From Desulfomonilales bacterium (lineage in GTDB: Bacteria > Desulfobacterota > Desulfomonilia > Desulfomonilales > Desulfomonilaceae), in NCBI GenBank assembly GCA_038205805.1, contig JBBRBO010000003.1:33853-97852 (forward strand): DNA of 64,000 nt. Direction: 5' to 3'. Of this stretch, positions 58,545-64,000 are shown in pieces; positions within the stretch are counted from its first letter, which is position 1, and every line of letters starts with the position of its first letter. The notes beneath the pieces were generated by a model. It ran no database searches and was not told where the DNA came from. It worked only from the letters and a program-made list of their open reading frames with translations. The position numbers and the translations under genes are program-made.

Positions 58545-60410
58545 ATGATTAAATACAACCAACTTGACGTAATCGTTATCGGAGGTGGACACGCTGGCTG
58601 TGAGGCTGCGCTCGCGTGCGCGCGCCTCGGATTATCAACCTGGCTCTACACTCTCAACGCGGACTCCATCGGTTTTATGCCTTGCAATCCCTCCATCGGC
58701 GGCCTTGGGAAAGGCCATTTAGTGAAGGAACTCGATGCCTTAGGCGGTGAAATGGGGCGAGCCGCGGACGCCTCTTGTATCCAGTATAAACTCCTCGGGG
58801 CAGCCAAAGGACCCGCGGTTCAGGGTTCCAGAATGCAGTGCGACCGAGTGCTCTATTCCCGAGCGATGAAATCAGCCATCGAGGCTGAGTCCTGTCTGCT
58901 TATCCGCCAAGAGATGGTAGAGGGCCTACTTGTGAGAGAAAACGCCGTCTTGGGCGTCCTGGAGCGATGCGGTTACGAAGTGGAAGCTAAGGCCGTCATT
59001 GTAGCAGCGGGAACGTTCTTGGACGGCATGATTCACGTGGGCGCTTCCGCATACGGCGCCGGTCGCAGCGGTGAGTTCCCTTCCGTCCGCTTGGCTGAAC
59101 ACCTGAGGAGTCTCGGGTTTCCTGCGGCTCGCTTCAAGACGGGCACTCCGCCTCGGCTCAAGGGCTCTACTGTGGATTGCTCGGGGATGTTCGAGGACGC
59201 AGGCGACGACATTGTGCGGCCGTTTTCCTTACGCACAGCCGAGCCGCTTCTTCAAAGAAAATCTTGTTTCCGGACATATACCACTGAAAAGACGCATGAA
59301 CTTGTCAGGAAAAATCTCAAGAAATCCTCGCTCTATTCCGGAGCCATCCAGGGTCAGCCGGCGCGATATTGCCCCTCTTTGGAAGACAAGATAGCGCGAT
59401 TTCCCGAACGTGAACGCCATCCCGTTGTCGTGGAACCCGAAGGTTTGTTCACCACTGAGGTCTACCTGAAGGGCTTGGGCAACTCACTGCCCCCTGAAAT
59501 CCAAATCGAGCTGGTGCGCACCATTCCCGGTTTAGACAAGGCGGAGATCGTGAGGCCGGCCTACGCCATCGAATACGATTACATCAACCCGACATGTCTA
59601 AAACCCACCCTGGAGACCCGTATTCTCGACGGACTCTACTTCGCAGGCCAGATCAACGGCACCTCGGGATACGAAGAAGCCGCGGCCCAGGGGCTGTGGG
59701 CGGGAATCAACGCCGCTCACAAGATTCTTGGGCGCCCCGAGTTTATTCTTGACCGCTCGGAAGCTTATATGGCTGTGCTCATTGACGATTTGTCACTCCG
59801 AGGAGTGAACGAGCCCTACCGGATGTTCACGTCACGGGCGGAATATCGGCTGCTCCTTCGAGAAGACAACGCCGCGGAACGGCTCCTGGAAAAGGGCTAT
59901 GAGATAGGATTGATCTCCAAGGACCAGTATGACGAACACAAGGAGAAGGCGCTGGCCATCCACCACACATTGTCGGCCTTGGAAAAGAACAAGGTGAGCC
60001 CCTCAAAGGCGCTCAACGACCTGATACTCGCCCGAGGGGGGGCGGAGCTGTGTGACTCCATACCCGGCGCCAAGCTTCTCAAGCGGCCGGAGATCACCGT
60101 CCAGGACCTCATGCGTCTCGGAATCATCGAATGCGCCCTGGATCCCGATTCGGCCAGACAAATCGAGGTTAAGGTGAAGTACGAGGGCTACATCGAACGG
60201 CAACGCCGCGAGGTTCAGCAGTTCCAGAAGCTCGAACGGGTAATGGTGCCGCCGGACTTTGACTACCATGCCGCTCCGGGACTCTCCACCGAGCTGAAAG
60301 AGAAGCTGAGCCGCCTCAAACCCACATCAATGGGACAAATCAGCCGCGTATCAGGGGTCACGCCGGCTGCTTTAACCGCGGTCATGGTGAGATTGAAATC
60401 CAGGTCATAA
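58545..60410 (+). CDS. mnmG: tRNA uridine-5-carboxymethylaminomethyl(34) synthesis enzyme MnmG (GidA)
   Basis: FAD motif [15 protein letters not shown], plus [24 protein letters not shown] and [16 protein letters not shown]. Confidence 0.95.
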   Translation: MIKYNQLDVIVIGGGHAGCEAALACARLGLSTWLYTLNADSIGFMPCNPSIGGLGKGHLVKELDALGGEMGRAADASCIQYKLLGAAKGPAVQGSRMQCDRVLYSRAMKSAIEAESCLLIRQEMVEGLLVRENAVLGVLERCGYEVEAKAVIVAAGTFLDGMIHVGASAYGAGRSGEFPSVRLAEHLRSLGFPAARFKTGTPPRLKGSTVDCSGMFEDAGDDIVRPFSLRTAEPLLQRKSCFRTYTTEKTHELVRKNLKKSSLYSGAIQGQPARYCPSLEDKIARFPERERHPVVVEPEGLFTTEVYLKGLGNSLPPEIQIELVRTIPGLDKAEIVRPAYAIEYDYINPTCLKPTLETRILDGLYFAGQINGTSGYEEAAAQGLWAGINAAHKILGRPEFILDRSEAYMAVLIDDLSLRGVNEPYRMFTSRAEYRLLLREDNAAERLLEKGYEIGLISKDQYDEHKEKALAIHHTLSALEKNKVSPSKALNDLILARGGAELCDSIPGAKLLKRPEITVQDLMRLGIIECALDPDSARQIEVKVKYEGYIERQRREVQQFQKLERVMVPPDFDYHAAPGLSTELKEKLSRLKPTSMGQISRVSGVTPAALTAVMVRLKSRS

Positions 60411-60450
60411 GGTGCTTTTTTCCGATTCGTGAATAAAAGAGCCGGCAGTA

Positions 60451-63162
60451 TCAGTATTGCACTTGGCGAAGTTTCAAGGTGAAGAAGCGGCACAGGTTGA
60501 TGCCGATTTGGGGATAAACCCTCATGATTTCTTGGAATTGATGGTGTCTCAGGATGTAGGCTTGAGTTTGCTCCGTAGCCACGCATGTGGCGTTCGGAGG
60601 AAGCCCGGTGAACAGGCTTAGTTCGCCGAGGAAGTTACCCGCGCCTAGAGTCGCCTTTTCCCTCCGGTTCTCTTCGCCGTAGTTATCGAATATCGCGATC
60701 TTCCCGGAAACGATGAGATAGATTGAGGAATTCTCTTCGCCCTGGCGGATCATGACGACGCCGGGTTCGAATATTTCCGTGGTTAAAACCGAGGCTATGG
60801 CGTGGAGTTCCCTCACGCCCATACCTTCAAAGATGTTGAATTCTTTCAGCTTCTGCATCCTGGTCACGATGTCGGGCATTTCCGTTCCCTTTCCGTAACT
60901 CTTGTCGATCGCATATTGAGCTACATCGCGAACAAAGGCAAACTTGTCATTGAGTCGCGATTCTATGATGGGGATGAACACTTCCGTTTCCGCGGCTTCT
61001 CCTTCGGCGATGACGAAGAGCGCCAGCATCCTGGAGAGGGGATCTTCGGAGTCCACGAGCAGCGTCATGACCCGTTCGGAGGTAGCGTAACGTACCAGGG
61101 GCAGCACCTTACGACCTCGCTCGATCTTCTCGGCGACGGGAATGTCGTCGATGAGGGGCAGGAGATAGGGGATGAGTTCTCGTCGAATGGATGTTTCTAT
61201 CAACTCGATGGCAATGGATGCGGTTTCCGATTTGAGGGCCTGATACATAAGTCGCATATCGGCGTGGTTCACCCATAGGGCGTAAAACACCAGCCTAAGC
61301 GTTTCTTCGTTCAGCTCGATAAGATGTTGCTTAAGCATGGACACGCCCAAGCTACCGTTCATCTTGTCGATACAGCGGTAGTGGATCAACGTGTTGTAGG
61401 CCGAGGCAAGTTCCTTACCGAGAAACGGCACAATCTCGAAACCTTCCATACCGGAAAGCCGAATCACCTCCAGGATGCTTTGCTTGGTGCGCGGGGCCGC
61501 TTCCATAAGGCATACTTCCAGGAAGGGTAGGATCTTTTCGCCATATGCGGTAAGCGCCTCGATGGCCGCCTTACGCACCTCGTCATCGGGGTCGTCGAGC
61601 ATATGGGTGAGTTTACTCACGGCACGCAGATCCTGCGAGGCGACAAAGGAGACGGCTGCTTCGGCGCGGGCGTCGCAATTTCCGTCCGAAAGCATCCTCA
61701 ACGCCGTCGTCGCGGTCATGGAACACACGGAATCACCACGATTGACTGGGCTGGGTGTGGGAGTGCGGTTCATCAGGGCGCCGGTGTCCATGGCCGCCCC
61801 ACCACTATCGAATCGAGGCATGGAATCCACGTGATCGAAGTCGATTTGCTTTTCAACGATGACTTGTTTGAGCACCGTCTTGTACCGACGCCGAAACACC
61901 CATGTCTCCCATATCCAGTATAGCGCCGGGACAAGGGCCACCACAGCGAGCATCCGCACGGAAATTACCGGCCGCAGAATAATCATGGTGAGTGACCCGG
62001 TGAGCATCCCTACTTTCAACACGGTCCCGCGGATGAATGTGCGACTCCATATCGCCAGGTCTCCGGGAATAATGCTGTAGAGGATTTTATTGACCGGTCC
62101 CGCAATAGCTCGCTGCACGAGAATTGAGGAAAACTGGCCGTAAGCGGCCACGACAATATGAAAAGACGCAGTCAAGCCGCCGAAAACCAACGCAAAGTTG
62201 AGCGGCTGGATCAGCGATGAGTTCGCTATCCCCAATGAAGTGTAAACTCTGCCTACAAAAAACAGCAGCACAAATGTTGTAAATGTAGTTACACCGCGAA
62301 AAACGCTGAGAAAACCTATTAAGCTTTGTTCTGTTGTAAATGTAGCGTTGGAAATGACACTAAACTGGTAGAAAAAGATAGGCAGCAATATATTCGGAAT
62401 AAGTCCGGTTATAATAAGATACCTGATGACCGGGTATCGCTTCATAAGTTCCGGTATTTCCCGCAGCCGCACAACCTTAGCCGTAGATTTGGGGGCGATC
62501 GTGGTCGGATGAGCGCGAAACATGCCTGAAGCAGTAAGGGAAAGATACACCGCCACGGCAAGACAACCAAAGCCGAACAGCAACAAAACCGCATCTTGAC
62601 CCACCCAAAGGGTGAACGGCTTCGTGAAGAAGCTCCCGAGGGTCGAGCCCAAGACCTGCGCTGCGGTTATCATGGGGAAGACGCGCTTACCTTGACGTGC
62701 GTCAAAGAGATCACCGGCTATATTCCAGAGATAAACGAGCAGTATGGAATCGAGCAGATACAGCAGCTGATAGAGCACGGGGTAGACAAGGTGAACGAAG
62801 CCGTAATCGCCTTTAATGACAATGTATATGGAGATGGACGCAAAAGAATATCCCGCAAGACTCCACGCCAGCAGACTATAATCCTGAAAACGGCGTCCCA
62901 GCCTATTCATGAGCGCCATAAACACAAAGGTGAGCCCCGCGTTTATGACCAGCATGGTGGGGATGTAGCTTGCGCCGAAGCGCTTGAGGAAAGCCGTATC
63001 CACATAATTGCGGAACAGGGCGGTGACGAAGAATATACTGAAGGATATTAAGGAGATCCAGAGAAAGTTTGCAGACTCATGGGAATATATCTTGAAATAC
63101 TTCTCCAGGAGGTCTCTTGTCGGTATCCAACGCATATAACCCTGCATGCGCCGACACAACAC
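60451..63162 (-). CDS. multidomain membrane protein: MFS/ATP:ADP-antiporter-like polytopic N-domain, HEAT-repeat middle and C-terminal cyclic-nucleotide-binding domain
   Basis: About 12 hydrophobic helices fill the first ~430 aa. A HEAT-like segment follows (DPDDEVRKAAIEALTAYGEK). The C-terminal cNMP fold reads FEGMGVRELHAI...GEENSSIYLIVSGK...FLGELSLFTGLPPNATCVA. Confidence 0.7.
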   Translation of the reverse strand: MLCRRMQGYMRWIPTRDLLEKYFKIYSHESANFLWISLISFSIFFVTALFRNYVDTAFLKRFGASYIPTMLVINAGLTFVFMALMNRLGRRFQDYSLLAWSLAGYSFASISIYIVIKGDYGFVHLVYPVLYQLLYLLDSILLVYLWNIAGDLFDARQGKRVFPMITAAQVLGSTLGSFFTKPFTLWVGQDAVLLLFGFGCLAVAVYLSLTASGMFRAHPTTIAPKSTAKVVRLREIPELMKRYPVIRYLIITGLIPNILLPIFFYQFSVISNATFTTEQSLIGFLSVFRGVTTFTTFVLLFFVGRVYTSLGIANSSLIQPLNFALVFGGLTASFHIVVAAYGQFSSILVQRAIAGPVNKILYSIIPGDLAIWSRTFIRGTVLKVGMLTGSLTMIILRPVISVRMLAVVALVPALYWIWETWVFRRRYKTVLKQVIVEKQIDFDHVDSMPRFDSGGAAMDTGALMNRTPTPSPVNRGDSVCSMTATTALRMLSDGNCDARAEAAVSFVASQDLRAVSKLTHMLDDPDDEVRKAAIEALTAYGEKILPFLEVCLMEAAPRTKQSILEVIRLSGMEGFEIVPFLGKELASAYNTLIHYRCIDKMNGSLGVSMLKQHLIELNEETLRLVFYALWVNHADMRLMYQALKSETASIAIELIETSIRRELIPYLLPLIDDIPVAEKIERGRKVLPLVRYATSERVMTLLVDSEDPLSRMLALFVIAEGEAAETEVFIPIIESRLNDKFAFVRDVAQYAIDKSYGKGTEMPDIVTRMQKLKEFNIFEGMGVRELHAIASVLTTEIFEPGVVMIRQGEENSSIYLIVSGKIAIFDNYGEENRREKATLGAGNFLGELSLFTGLPPNATCVATEQTQAYILRHHQFQEIMRVYPQIGINLCRFFTLKLRQVQY

Positions 63163-63340
63163 AGGGCGCCCAATAGTAGGCGTAGCCCTGCGAGTCGGAG
63201 CGTTCCGGCTTCACGGTATTCGTTCAAACGCAGCGTATGCTATCACACCGCCGTATTCGGCGCGACTGTTTTTCTCCACTCGACCTGTGTGAACAGAAGA
63301 TGGATGCATGCACCAGTAATATTCAGGTGTGAGACCTCGA

Positions 63341-63907
63341 TTACTTGACGCTGTGGATGAGACGTGACCGTATCTTCGCTTGCAGCTCAGGGTCTGTAAC
63401 CACTTGCGGGCCGTTGGAATCCGTGGACGCGGCGAGCACCTTATCCGTCCACATGTGCACGGCGTATGCCTGAAAGGACTCCTTGGGCTCGCCCACCTTC
63501 CAGACGGGTTCCACCTGGACGACGACGTTTTCTTCCACCGCAGCGCCGTAAGCGTCTTTGAACGGCCCGCGAACCGGTCCCAAGGAGTAGTACCGTCCAT
63601 TCGCGGCGAAAAACTTCTCCTGCGCGGCCTTGGCGTTCGTAATGGAATGATCGATGAGCTTTTCCATGTCCGCTACCTTTTTAGGCACAACGAAGTTAAA
63701 CGCTGCATGAACCAAGACGCACACCACGAGAATGTTTACCATAAGGGCGGTTAAAGCGGTCCGCAGCATACGCCCCGTCTTCTTGAACTTAACCTTACGG
63801 CCTACGAGATAGATCCAGAACGCATAAATGCTCGGTGAGAAGAATATGACGAAGAGACAAAGATACACGAGGGCCACTAGCGACGTAGTAAGGATGGTTT
63901 TCAGCAT
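63341..63907 (-). CDS. hypothetical membrane protein (two N-terminal TM helices)
   Basis: 188-aa ORF whose start lies 3 nt after the upstream stop. Its periplasmic part carries a pilin-like segment, NAKAAQEKFFAANGRYY. Confidence 0.55.
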   Translation of the reverse strand: MLKTILTTSLVALVYLCLFVIFFSPSIYAFWIYLVGRKVKFKKTGRMLRTALTALMVNILVVCVLVHAAFNFVVPKKVADMEKLIDHSITNAKAAQEKFFAANGRYYSLGPVRGPFKDAYGAAVEENVVVQVEPVWKVGEPKESFQAYAVHMWTDKVLAASTDSNGPQVVTDPELQAKIRSRLIHSVK

Positions 63908-63910
63908 GAG

Positions 63911-64000
63911 TCAATCCACATTGTCCAACGTATAAGCCTCAAAGGAAAGGGACTTTTCCGCATGGCGTGCGCCGCCTTCTTCCATGAGCTGGGGGTGTAA
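63911..64000 (-). CDS. 3' end (29 codons) of an unidentified gene running out of the window
   Basis: Open frame ...LHPQLMEEGGARHAEKSLSFEAYTLDNVD* ending 3 nt before the next start. Confidence 0.35.
   Translation of the reverse strand, partial: LHPQLMEEGGARHAEKSLSFEAYTLDNVD

Overview
This looks like a chromosomal, mostly housekeeping 64-kb segment with about 50 protein-coding genes on both strands. The gene content is deltaproteobacterium-like: a sigma54-type pilin promoter, twin PilT ATPases, a Tat-signal Fe/Mn SOD and a sulfite-reductase-like Fe-S protein. This taxonomic reading is inference only. I found no rRNA, tRNA, CRISPR array, prophage or recognisable defence island by eye.

Housekeeping genes I recognise with confidence are proC, dtd, an Slt-type transglycosylase, pilT x2, uppP, an RND efflux pair, argC, guaB, sppA, mnmG and a BKACE enzyme.

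Observations worth a second look:
1. 1-7364: a seven-gene cluster anchored on inositol-phosphate synthase. It matches no inositol pathway I know. It contains an apparently circularly permuted GH-A glycosidase, a frameshifted CgeB-like glycosyltransferase and a 588-aa orphan.
2. 7536-11198: an operon of a DUF4178 protein, a small membrane protein and a membrane-anchored spermidine-synthase-like protein.
3. 13808-18763: a sigma54-driven type IV pilin followed by two paralogous TMTC/PMT-like GT-C glycosyltransferases with TPR domains.
4. 32806-36036: one polypeptide that fuses an MrfA/YprA-type helicase (DUF1998) to a YprB/MrfB-type DEDD exonuclease.
5. Two small repeat families. One is about 160 bp with inverted ends and an internal conserved promoter-like motif. 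The other is about 222 bp, MITE-like, and built of long hairpins with compensatory changes.
6. 49637-50093: a decayed IS110-family transposase inserted into a copy of the MITE-like family.
7. 57700-58152: a signal-peptide protein rich in Cys, Pro and Met.

None of these is proven to be novel. All functional assignments come from motif recognition, not from database searches.
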